A DNA stretch of 53,803 bases, filler included, from Sphacelaria rigidula (taxonomy: Eukaryota): the NCBI GenBank assembly GCA_964200075.2. It is 2 parts of 2 records of this genome, joined end to end, with 100 filler letters (N's around TTAATTAATTAA, not from the genome) between each part and the next. Parts side by side here need not be neighbours in the genome. Positions count along the whole stretch, not along the records: positions 1 to 26,862 come from CAXNAA020000129.1; positions 26,963 to 53,803 come from CAXNAA020000130.1. One strand, written 5' to 3'. The notes beneath the pieces were generated by a model that made no database searches, had not been told where the DNA came from, and worked only from the letters and a program-made list of their open reading frames with translations. Within the stretch, counting starts at the first letter, position 1, and the number at the start of each line of letters is the position of its first letter. The position numbers were made by a program, and so were the translations under genes. Positions 23,986-34,580 of this stretch are shown here, one piece after another.

Positions 23986-24360
23986 ACGTATACCAATTGT
24001 CATTTTCTGCGTCACGAGCTGCCTAAAATCCAGTGGTCTATGAGCTGGGCCAGCAGTAAATCCCGCATTCTCTTTCCACACCACAACTTCTCAAGTTTTC
24101 CAAATCAGCGCGACATGAGCATATCGTTGTTAAGTGCAGACCAACCTAGTCACACAAGGCACCGCCGCTCTAACGTATACAAATTGTCATTTTCTGCGTT
24201 ATGAGCTGCATTAAATCCAGGGGTCTACGAGCTGGGCCAGCAGTAAATCCCGCATTCTCTTTCCACACCACAACTTCTCAAGTTTTCCAGATCAGCGCGA
24301 CATGAGCATACCGCTGTTAAGTGCAGACCAACCTAGTCACACAAGGCACCGCCGCTCTAA
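23986..24360 (+). repeat. Tandem duplication of 187 bp spanning the left end of a family C MITE
   Basis: 23986-24172 is repeated at 24173-24359 with scattered substitutions. Confidence 0.95.
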
Positions 24361-24443
24361 CTTCCTAATATTTCCTCTACACACCCAATAAATAGGATCG
24401 CGCGGGCTGATGAAAATGACGTGTCGAACTTTCAGCGCCTAAA

Positions 24444-24893
24444 GGCCAACTCTAATGGGAGCCGTTCGAAATTCTTGTCGAAAACTGCCTTTCGGGCCCC
24501 TCTCCGTCGATTTTCACCCGAAAAGAGGGCTAGGCGGATGTGGACGCCTTGGTATGACTTGATCTACTCGTTGAGGCCGTTCCACGGCAAATTTGCATTT
24601 CTCACTGGCCCCACTTTTGTTTTTGGTCAAATCACGCCAAACACGAATTTTCAGTGGAAAACGGTCAGGTGATCGAGATTTTCCCCAGTTTTTTATCGCT
24701 TGACCGTTTTTTATCGAATATCCGTGTTTGGCCAAGAGCAAAAGTGCGCTCACGGGGAAATGCAAAGTTGCAGTAGAACAGTCTCAAGTAGAACATTATT
24801 AGCCTCGCCCTCTTTACAGGCGTACAACGACGGAGAAGGGTAAACAAGGCAGTTTTGAACATGAATTTTTAACCGCTCCCATTAGAGCCGGTC
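24444..24893. mobile_element. PIF/Harbinger-like MITE
   Basis: TIR GGCCAACTCTAATGGGAGC / GCTCCCATTAGAGCCGGTC followed by TAA. A partial second copy at ~22990-23127 also ends in GGTC|TAA. Confidence 0.7.
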
Positions 24894-24896
24894 TAA

Positions 24897-25764
24897 GACC
24901 CACATTTATGGCAACCACGAATCTCGATTTTTCGAAATCGGTGGGAAAGAAATGGGGGAACGCATTGTATAAACAAGGATTTGGACCAAATCGGGAGCGA
25001 AAAAATCGGAGGATCACGATCCTGGAACGGTTTTCCCCCAATTTTCGAGAAAAAATCGGGGAAAATCGTTCCGTGATCGTGGCTCACCCCGATTTATTTA
25101 GGTGATGTACGGGCATTTGACATACAATGCTAGAGTACGAGGCGTTTGATATTTTTGCAACGGCAGCACAAGACAGTTTTGTGACAGCACAGGGCGTGCC
25201 TACTGCCCGCCCCAGTTTCTGAAGCAATTTCGCACGGGGTTTGACAAGGGGATAATAAATGCTGACGCCATACCCTGCGGCGATAGTAGTATCTTTTGCT
25301 GCGCTACGCTGCCACATGTATCACTAGAGTATAAAGAACGCTAATTTACTCTCCTAGCTGTTGTCGCTGTACTTGAGGGCTGATATACGGCACTGCACTA
25401 CTGAACTCTGCTCGCGCACAGTTTGTTCTCTGTTCTCGCAATACCGGCTATTCTATCATGTACGACCACATGGTATTATCATGTACTGTACTGCTGATTT
25501 AGCGTCCTGCGCTGTATTACCTCGGGGTACCAAGGTAAAACACTATACTCGAAGGATTGTTTACCGCCTGCCTGCTCTTCGGCTTCATGCACGAGTACGC
25601 AGTACCACACTCATGCAGGAAACGACCGTCTGTGTACAGAACCGTTTCACAGATCTGTGATACTGCTTTGTCTGTGCCATAAAACGTTCCCCCCGATTTT
25701 CAATCCACGAATTTGAGTACCCCCGTCCCGAAAAAATCGAGATTCGTCGCCATCAAAGTTGCTC
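24897..25764. mobile_element. Second Harbinger-like MITE
   Basis: Imperfect TIR gacccacatttatggcaac-cacgaatctcgatttttcg / cgaaaaaatcgagattcgtcgccatcaaagttgctc with flanks TAA/CAA. The same left end recurs at 17877. Confidence 0.65.
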
Positions 25765-26399
25765 CAACTCTTCAAATTACCAATTGCCTCTCCACTCTTC
25801 GTTCAAAATCACTGTCAGCTGGCCCAGCTCGTGCACGTTACACGTTTAGGTTTCGTTTGGCACGTTCAAAAAGTCAATGTTTCGGCGACTTCTTATGTTT
25901 GGAATGACATGTATCAGAAAACGCGTTTTTCTAATAAATGACCGAAAAGCCACTTATTCTGTGATCAGAAAACGTGTTTTGTGATGGGTTTTCACCTCAT
26001 TGCCCTTCGCTCGCCACTAGCGTGGTGGCCCTTCCTTGTAGAGAAAGTATAGTAGCACCTCTAGTACGGTAGCATATGGATATCAATTGAATCGTGTGAC
26101 AACGGTTTGGAGAGTGATAATTAATGAGTAGCATAAAGTGTGGCTGTGAGGGGAGCAAACAAGGGTCACTTCTGGTCAACGATAGATGAAGTCTCTGGAC
26201 CCCCTGACAGGGTAGAAGCCTCTGGAGCAGCACTGTGACCTTGTTCTGATATCAGGCAGGTTCACAATAAACATTTACTCAGGAAACTTGAAGTGTGTGG
26301 ATTAGGTTTTTGAAGTCGCACCCGACCGTTTGTAGAGCGTGAGGACGATCACGTTGAATAACAGGGGGGGGGGAGAAAGCGGCGGAGAGATAGGCGCAG

Positions 26400-26788
26400 G
26401 CCACACGAAACCAAGGCGACTGCGGTGACAGGAGGCTGTTGGAAGGATGGCAGCGCGAAGGGAAGAGGGCACCAGCGAGACGGTTGATAAGGTGAAGTTT
26501 GCAGTAGCCGAGCTGACCTTGAGTGGATCCTTGAAAGTGCTTGAATATGGGCGAGTATTCAGTGGGCAAGCTTTCAGACGCTTTTGCCAAAGGTATACCG
26601 CGAATATGAGGAGACAGAGGGTAAAAGTAACAAAGGCCGGTCGGTGAAGTGCGCACTCTTTCTTGATCATGCAAGAGTTGATGCCCAAGCACATCTAGAC
26701 CTGCGTGTCTGACACTATCTTTGACCGATTGCCACTCGACGAAGACGAATTGCAGCAACGGATTGCACGCCACGCGAAATATTACCAG
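26400..26788 (+). pseudogene. Decayed exon of an unknown gene
   Basis: One frame reads QEAVGRMAARREEG...KAGR*SAHSFLIMQELMPKHI*TCVSDTIFDRLPLDEDELQQRIARHAKYYQ and ends at a CAG|gt donor. In-frame stops at 26426, 26645 and 26696. Confidence 0.5.
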
Positions 26789-26862
26789 GTGTGTGTGTTG
26801 TTGTGTTGTCGTCCCATTTATTCTGGGGTCCAGTCTACACCTTTCGGTGTATGTGGGTGCAT

Positions 26863-26962
26863 NNNNNNNNNNNNNNNNNNNNNNNNNNNNNNNNNNNNNN
26901 NNNNNNTTAATTAATTAANNNNNNNNNNNNNNNNNNNNNNNNNNNNNNNNNNNNNNNNNNNN
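26863..26962. other. Assembly gap with artificial linker (N44-TTAATTAATTAA-N44)
   Basis: Exactly 100 nt; the linker puts stops in all six frames. Confidence 0.97.
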
Positions 26963-26989
26963 GATTCATTCATTACGAGTCAACTTACT

Positions 26990-27977
26990 ATACTAAAACC
27001 AAGTAATTTGCTGACGAATCATTATTTGTCCTAATCGTGGAAACTTGTGCGCGCCATATCTCGAGATAGATTGCGAATTGGGCGAAAGTGAGGGTATCTA
27101 TTGTCTCGCCGTGCTCCAGGGAAGTCCACACCAAAAATCGTTATCATCCGCGAAATGCATCGTTCGGGGTTTCATGGAGATTTCCAAGGTTGTGTTCTGC
27201 AAGGTACGGGTACCTTCTGTAGGGTATGAGATTCCGTACAGAGTTTACAGAACTGTCGGGTACCGGTATGAAAGCCTCACAGAGTTTACAGAACTGTCGG
27301 GTACAGGTATGGAAGTCTTACAGACTTTACAGAACTTGTCGGGTACGGTACGGGAGGCTTGCAGAGAATCAGTACCGGCAATCGGGTAACTCTTTTCGGG
27401 TATACCCGCTCCTCGGGTTCGGGTAAATGTTGTGTACAGAAGTTACAGAACTGTCAGGTACCGGTAAGAAAGTCTTACAGAAGTCACAGAACTTGTCGCG
27501 TACGGTATGGGAGGCTTACAGAAAACCGGCACCGGCAATCGGGTAACTCTTTTCGGGTATACCCGCTCCTCGGGTTCGGGTAAATGTTGTGTACAGAACT
27601 TACAGAACTATTGGGTAAGGGTATGAAGGTCTTACAGAGATTACAAAACTGTTGGGTACCGGTATGAAAGTCTTACAGATGTCACAGAACTGTCGGGTAC
27701 GGTACATGCCCAGAAAAATACCCCGGGCATACAGAAAACCGTACCGTACAGAACACAACCTTGGAGATTTCAGTGTGGACGCTATCTCCGTACTGTATAG
27801 GAATTACCAGATGTGAGGTTTAATCAACGAGAAAAAATAAGCCCAGATTTTTGAGCAAATGGGCACCTTCTCCTTGATTAGATCATCGATACAACATGCG
27901 GATCTTGGCCCAACTCGTCTGTGTCGATGAGATATTGCTTCGAGAGCTTCAATCCGTTTTCAGGCTGGCCGAGCTCG
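26990..27977 (+). mobile_element. Family A MITE right part, truncated at the gap and interrupted by a hAT MITE
   Basis: Colinear with ~30740-31106; ends GCTGGCCGAGCTCG|TA. Confidence 0.8.
27185..27763. mobile_element. hAT-type MITE (579 bp) with internal tandem repeats
   Basis: Perfect TIR CAAGGTTGTGTTCTG and perfect 8-bp TSD GAGATTTC. The interior repeats acagaactgtcgggtac and carries a ~160-bp duplication. Confidence 0.95.
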
Positions 27978-28035
27978 TAACACCCTTCCGAATCATGCTC
28001 GAAACAATGATCATCTCGGAATTATGTTGTTTCAA

Positions 28036-29092
28036 CTCTATGCCGGCGAGAATAGGTCATGTATTGAATCGGCACCAATTTCATCCGGAAAAAGTGTGCG
28101 TGATCGACATGGATTGCCCTCGCGCCCTAGGGGTTAACCCTTGAAAGACGAGAGTAGGTCATCTGTTGAATCGGCATCAACTTCACTTGAAAAAAGTATG
28201 CGTGGTCCAATTGGACTACCCATGCGGTCTAACACACGCGGTCATTTGGCTACACCCCAAAATGCCTCCAGAGGGATGCGCGGCCCTCCAGGGGGAAAAC
28301 ACGCCTTCGGAGGCCTCCCATCCCTGTAGAGGAGACCAAACTGTACCGACCCGGAGGGCCGCGCACCCCTCCGGAGGAATTGGGGGGTATGCGCGGCGCT
28401 CCGGAGGCAAGAATAAGCCTCCTGAGGCGTTCAACCTCTCTGGAGGGAACCAAAAAATGTCCTCTGGAGGACCGCGCACCCCTCCGGAGGTGTTGAATTC
28501 CTCCTGGAGGCTCGAAAAGTGTACCCAACTGGAGGAAGTTTGGAGGTAGCCAAATGGCCGCGTGTGAAGGGTTACCAAGGAGGAGCGATCCGTTAACCCT
28601 TATCCCCGATGGGGATAGTCTATCTGGATCACGCAAACTTTTTTCAAGTGAAATTGGTGCCAATTTAGCAGGGGACCTACCCTCGCGGTCAAACGGTTAA
28701 ATATGTCAGACGCAACGTGAAATAGATGCCATGCGTTCGATTAACACCTGCCACTAACACACGATTGTGGGGGCAAATGGTCCCAACAGGGTTAATTAAC
28801 CCTTGGACCGCGAGATTAGTCTTTCTGGATCATGCATACTTTTTTTCACTCGAAATTGATGCCCATTCAACAGAAGACTATAACCTCGCGCTCTAAGGGT
28901 TAAGTAGTGGTGGGTGCTTTCTGTTGATGAGCTTTTGAACAGTGACACTAATGTTCGGAGACAAGCTTTTGCCTCCGAACGGTTCCCTCCTTAACCCTGC
29001 GATGACGAGAAAAAGTCATCTGTTGAATCCGCATCAACTTCACTCGAAAAAAGTATTCATGATCCAGATGAAGTACCCTCGCGGTCTAGGGG
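28036..29092. mobile_element. Cluster of five ~100-bp TTAA-type (piggyBac-like) mini elements
   Basis: Copies at 28036-28133(+), 28138-28571(+, interrupted), 28597-28696(-), 28800-28899(-) and 28995-29092(+). Most ends read TTAA|CCCT...GG|TTAA, around a shared core tgaatcggcaYcaaYttca...gaaaaaagt. Confidence 0.85.
28233..28566 (+). mobile_element. CACAC-ended MITE (CMC/EnSpm-like) with 2-bp AA flanks
   Basis: TIR CACACGCGGTCATTTGGCTAC / GTAGCCAAATGGCCGCGTGTG and many CCTCCGGAGG-like palindromes. Inserted into a TTAA mini element. Confidence 0.85.
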
Positions 29093-29127
29093 TTAAGAGA
29101 CTGTTTGAATACGGGCACGTACCCAGC

Positions 29128-29486
29128 CGGTCGCCCCGGTGGCTCAGTTGGTGACGTCGACACCTTCTGACGGTTGAATCGTGGGTTCAATTCTCGGAGC
29201 GATCTGAGACCTTTTCTCGTACCATGCCCAGCAGTGGAGAGCGACAATGTCGTAGATAAACAAAATTCGACTTGATGCTCAATGACGGAAAGCGACTGCT
29301 GAACCTCTCTCGCGATAAAGAAGAAAGGGAAGGACCGCAGGAGAACCGTGACGGATTAAAAAATAAACAAAAAAGAAAAAGCTCCTGCGTTCACCTTCCC
29401 CCTGTGAGACGGCAGCTGATGCGCCCACTTATACCGAAAGGCATAGACCTGCGTCCAGAATAGAAGGGACGACAATACACACACAC
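29128..29486 (+). mobile_element. tRNA-derived SINE
   Basis: A box TGGCTCAGTTGG, B box GGTTCAATTC and a (CA)n tail; homologous to 52184-52541. Confidence 0.85.
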
Positions 29487-29491
29487 GCCTA

Positions 29492-29951
29492 CGAGCTGGG
29501 CCGGCCTAGACGCGAATTGAAGCTCTCAAAGCAATATCTCATCGACACAGACGAGTTGGGTCGTAATCCACATATCGTATTAATCGTCTGATCATGGGGA
29601 AGGGGACCATGTGCTCAACAGTCTTGGCTATTTTTTCCTTGTCGGTTGAATCACATTTCAAATAATTCCTATACCGTACGGAGGTAGCGTCCATACTAAA
29701 TTATATACGAAACCCCGAACGATATGTAAAGCGGATGATGACGATTTTTGGTGTGAACATTATCTGGGGCACGGGGAAACGATCGATACCCTCATTTTTG
29801 CCTAATTCGTTATCTGTGCCGAGATATGGGTGCACATGAAGTTACAAACTCAAATTAATATATTTCGAGCAGAGGCACTAAGTGCACTAAATGTGGATAT
29901 TTCGTCTCAGTCTTTGAGAGTTGTGCTTTGAAAACTCGTATGGAGAACCGC
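29492..29951 (-). mobile_element. Family A MITE, inverted partial copy
   Basis: Reverse complement of the family A right ~460 bp; starts TA|CGAGCTGGGCCGGC and stops at ggagaaccgc|TA. Confidence 0.85.
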
Positions 29952-29953
29952 TA

Positions 29954-31106
29954 CAGGCTGGGCCAGCCTATAAGCGGATTTGTACTTTGCAGGCGAATTC
30001 GCAATTTTTTTCTTGGAGTTGGAAAGTGAAATTTTGTATGGACAATCAACAGGGCATGATGAAAAGCTGTCTGTGAGGTCCCGAAGACTTTTTTTTTTTA
30101 TGAGTTGGGGGCATTTTACTATAACTTCGAGACCCCATAGACAGCCTTTCTTCATTCACTGCTAATTGTCCATACCAAATTTCACTGTCCAACTCCAAGA
30201 AAAAAATTGCGAATTTACCTTTGAAAAACCGTGTCGGTGGAAATTCGGAACAATATATTGCAGGCCGTTTATTGGTCCACGTTTGGTGTCTGTAGGTTGA
30301 AACTTTGTGCGAGACCTCGCTAGGTCATGATGAACCAAGAAAAACGGATGAGGTTGGTTTATACTTTTATTTTTCACTGATTGAGGGCGTTTTAGTACGG
30401 TCACGACCATTTCTTTACGACAACGCACGAACCTCTCATCAAAAAAAATAATGAAGGCCCTTTTTTTTTTTACTCAGCATACCTCTGTCGTTCTCCAGGC
30501 CAAGTTTCAAATCACAATTCTAAAAATTGAGCTTAAAAATTGAGATAAGGCCCAAAAGCAATGTTCATTTCTCCTCAAAACTCCCCTAAAAACACCAAAA
30601 AAGATGAAAAAATTGCACAAGCTGTGTTTTTATCTCATCATGCACTAGCGGTTCTCCGTACCAAATTTCATCGCTCAACTCTCAAAAACTGAGACTCGAT
30701 ATCCAGATTTAGGTCATCTAGTGCCTCTACTGGTAATCTACTGATTTTAGTATGGAAATTTATGTGCGCCATATCTCGATATACATAACGAAGTAGGTGA
30801 AGGTGAGGATATCTCTCGTCTCCCCGTGCTCCAGGGAAGGTCCACACCAAAAATTGTCATAATCCGCTTGATCGATCGTTCGGGGTTCCATACAGATATT
30901 AGTGTGGACGCTATCTCCGCTTGGTATAGGAATTACTAGACATGGGGTTTAATCATCGATAAAATATTCGCCCAGATTTTTGAGCAGATGGGCACCTTCC
31001 CCTTGATTAGACGATTAATACGATATGCGGATCACGGCCCAACTCGTCTGTATCGTTGAGATATCGCTTTGAGAGCTTAGATCCGTTTTTAGGCTGCCCC
31101 AGCTCG
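29954..31106 (+). mobile_element. Family A MITE, uninterrupted reference copy (~1.15 kb)
   Basis: TA|CAGGCTGGGCCAGC ... GCTGCCCCAGCTCG|TA; colinear with 3745-4910. Confidence 0.9.
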
Positions 31107-31258
31107 TAGCCCGTACGCATCACGAACAGAAGGTCCCGGGTTCAAGAAATAAATGGTGAATATCCTCTGAAGTAGAGTTGAAAACGCGTGGAAGAATTCC
31201 TGCGGGGATAGTCGGTGGTGGATAACCGAACACACGGAGAAGACATGTAACTTGAATG

Positions 31259-31851
31259 CAGCCTTTTGCTTTTTATTCGTGCATATATTTTCGAATAAAA
31301 CGGGGTTTCACGCATAACCTTGTGCGTGTTTTTGGAAACGTATGTTTTTGGAGATTTCAGCATAACAAAGGCATGAAAGCCAAGTTTTACGCATAACTTG
31401 ACGCGCATAGTACTCCAACGGGATTATGCACCCCATGCCCAGCAGCTAGAAGCTGCCCACGGGTGCTCCATATGGAGTGGCTCATCGAGTCGTGGCGTTT
31501 GTGTCCTAGTTTTTTTTCAACTGTGTTGCGGATCTGATATCGGGTTTTGTGCTGTACGTAAACTACTCAGTGGTTATGTGAAACTGATGAAAAAAAAACG
31601 TGTCATGTTTCGTATCAGACGCACGTCGGCTTTTGCTTTGTATGCGCTTTTTTTTTCATGCCGGAAGGTACGTTCCATCAGCCGTGCCGCCAGAAACCGC
31701 CTCAAGAAGGACTTGAAAAAGGGGCATTAGTCACGCATATTTCAGCAAAATACGCTTAAATCGGCGCATGATTTTCCCCTGTGAGCATGAAGAAAAATGA
31801 TCTGAAACGCATACAAAAAAAGACAGAACGCGCATAAAAAGCAAAAGGCTA
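31259..31851. mobile_element. Older hAT-type MITE
   Basis: TIR cagccttttgctttt / aaaagcaaaaggcta; 8-bp flanks CTTGAATG/CGTGAACG (6/8 match). Confidence 0.7.
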
Positions 31852-32253
31852 CGTGAACGGCAATATGCCTACCGCTGGCCGGTGTATTGTTGAATTCCTA
31901 CAAAATCTCCAAGAGGTTTATGAAATGGGGGGGTGATGTGGGAACCACCACATAGAAAATACTCAAAAGTATCTGTCAGGGAATCACCTTTTCACCAGTT
32001 CGAAAGAAAACGTCACCAGAAACAAGTTGTGGCAGCGTACTCACCACCAAAATTTCGCCGAGGTTGAGATGCTTTTGCCCGCAACAACTCTTATACGAGT
32101 TTGTAGTCCTCACCGATGTCAACAGGCCTCTCGTGTATCACTCCATGTCGGTTGTCGCGTGGGAGCAACAAAAAGTGCAAGGGAGTGTAAGTACAGAACG
32201 TGGCACACTCCCCTTCATGGTGAGTTCAATATAGTGAAGCCGAGAGGGGAATA

Positions 32254-33146
32254 TGAGCTGGGCCAGCAGTAAATCCCGCATTCGATTCCCCGTCACAACT
32301 TCTCATGTTTCCCAAATCAGCGCGACGTGAGCATATCGCTGTGGACTGTACACCAACCTGGTCACACACGGCACCGCCGCTAGTTGATTGGCGCAGTATT
32401 GGCGATGACGTCATTGCAGCATCAAGTACCGGATACGTCGCCTGTCGTCGCGTGACAGCGTGTCTGGAGACGTTTCGTTTCACAAAATGTGCTGGAATCA
32501 CCACAGACAGTTGCGCCGCTTATGCACACGAACACCCGATATGCGCAGGCAAGAGCACACTGGTAGTGCTGCAAGATGGCATCAAGCTGAACAGCTCCAT
32601 CATGGGAGAGATACTCCGAGCCGACTGTCGTATATGATCTTACAAGGGAGAAGTACTACTCACCCCTCTCCCCCCAGAGCAAAACCGTCACCACAATATC
32701 GAGACCCTTTGCAACCCGGGAAGTACGAGAGATAATGCACACATTTTTTTTTGTCGTGTCGAGATTTGAACTCGTGACCTGTGTAATTCGGGGTTGTTGT
32801 ATCAGTTTGACCAGCGGGGCGCAGCCGCGTCACACGAAAAGTGCGACGCTACGCCCAATTTGGAGTAATTTTGTCCCAAACTTTACTAGGATGCCCTTGA
32901 TGCAAGTGCCCACAACGTTGTTGGAGGTGCAGCCGTTTTTATAAATTTTCACGAATTTATAGCATTTCCCCTGTTTGTTGCAGAAACTTCAACTCGCTCT
33001 AACTTTTTTTTTTTCTCCTCTGCACCTCCTACAGGGTCGCGCGGGTTGATGATAGAAATGTGTCAAAATTTCAGTGCCTGACTCTTCGAAGTGCCAATAG
33101 GATCGCCATTCTTCCTTGAAAAATCGCTGTCAGCTGGCCCAGCTCG
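32254..33146 (+). mobile_element. Family C MITE, long variant
   Basis: TA|TGAGCTGGGCCAGC ... GCTGGCCCAGCTCG|TA. Confidence 0.9.
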
Positions 33147-33355
33147 TACATGAAATCCAAGTGGTTATTACCGATACTGAAACCGGTAGTAGTCGACTGC
33201 ATTAGAACAAAGTTGTTGTAGACCGCAGCGAGCTCATGCCATTCAAACCCATACTGAAACCAAGTGACATCCAGCGTGTTCAGAGTGATTCCCCTCCAAC
33301 AGGAATAATCCGATCGTGGATACCGGCGAGGCGAGTTCTTATCGGAGATTATTCA

Positions 33356-34181
33356 GGCGGGATCTTATCGACAGTGATGATCACTTTGCAAACAATCACT
33401 TTCGTGAAAAACGACCCATGATTGGTTGCTGCGACCCCCCCCGAAAAACAAAAAAACAAGAAAAGTGCCCAAAAATCACTTTAGCAAAAGTGATTTCAGG
33501 AAGTAAAAAAACACTGCTTGAAATTTCTTTTTCGAAAGTGATTTTGTGACACCTCGAACGGGAACATGAAACACCCCTTCGACAGGGATATAACCGAAGA
33601 CTTCTCAGACAAGTCAACACAACCAGACGTTGACCTGAGGATCGCATTGCCCTCGCAAACTGAAACATGCCGCTCCATCCATTGCTGCTCATTACTTGAG
33701 CATGCTGTGCGTGACCTTGCTCAAATCGGTTCAAAATTCAGTGAGAAATGAAGATTTGCGTTAGACACGCGCACAGCACGCGCTCACAAACCGTCCGCAA
33801 CGGCACGTTTTCGGTTTCAATTTGACACGCACGCGGGCCGCCTCTCATCCAGTACTGGACGGATTTCCGTCGAACAAAGACTGTCGTTTGTAGATGATTG
33901 AGAGCTAGCGCTTGAGCTAATGCGTGTGAGTGAGTGTCTGTGCGTGGATTTTCGTGGCTCGGTATGTCGGCTCTGTGTTACCTCGTTGCGTCCTGTCTGC
34001 AGCAGTACAGAGGTATAGGGCTAACGGCAACTTGAAAAAACGCCGCATCTGTGTGCAGATCTGGGCTTCAATCTGGACTAAACTTCTTGTCGATAAGACT
34101 CAGCACTGGTCGTTGTGGGGGCAATCACTTCTCCAAAAACGATTTTTTTAAAGTGATGATCACTTCCGATAAGACCCCGCC
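33356..34181 (+). mobile_element. Harbinger-like MITE (inner copy of the same family)
   Basis: TIR GGCGGGATCTTATCGACAGTGATGATCACTTT / AAAGTGATGATCACTTCCGATAAGACCCCGCC with TCA on both sides. Confidence 0.8.
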
Positions 34182-34261
34182 TCATCACTTTTCAAAATAT
34201 CACTTTTCGAAAAACGGCCTGTGATCGGTCGCTCCGATACCCACCCCACCCCACCCCCCCA

Positions 34262-34580
34262 ATACACATATGTGTTTCTTCTCCCCTTTTTTTCTTCGTT
34301 TTATCGTATTTTATTTCATTTGCTCTTTACTTTTCTCTTCTTTTCCTTTTGTTTTTGTTCTAGGTCAGTCAATTTTTTCTGTGCTTTGCCTGTGTCGACT
34401 TTTTTATCACTATTTTCTGGTACGACTTGGTTTGCTATGTCGTTCTGTTCGACTTTTTTTTTCCTCTTGCCTTTTTTCAGAGCGTGCTCCAGTTTCGTTT
34501 TCCTTGGGTACGTCTATCATGAGACTGCGGCTGGACCCCTGGGGGGTCCGTAACAGTGCGGCAATCAATCAAAAATCAAC
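34262..34580 (+). mobile_element. 5'-truncated non-LTR retroelement 3' end with a (CAAT)n tail
   Basis: T-rich tract then ttgggta.gtc.atcatgagac..cggctgga...cctggggggtc.gt.a.agtgcg.caatcaatc. A homolog lies at 49790-49879. Confidence 0.65.

Larger units (their letters stand above)
24228..25831 (+). mobile_element. Family C MITE interrupted by two adjacent Harbinger-like MITEs
   Basis: TIRs at 24228 and 25818-25831. The host sequence cagcgcct...aactcttc is split between 24440 and 25765, compared with cagtgcctgactcttc at 33072. Confidence 0.75.

Noticed and set aside
27185..27763. CRISPR-like appearance of short recurring repeats (also 38627-38978 and 28036-29092)
   Set aside because: The repeats are internal to TSD-flanked MITEs or are TTAA-flanked elements. 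There are no constant repeats with regular unique spacers, no cas genes, and the context is eukaryotic.
29128..29205. tRNA gene (also 52184-52260)
   Set aside because: A and B boxes are present but I see no complete cloverleaf. It continues into a shared 280-bp body with a CA tail and, in one copy, a TSD, so it is a SINE.
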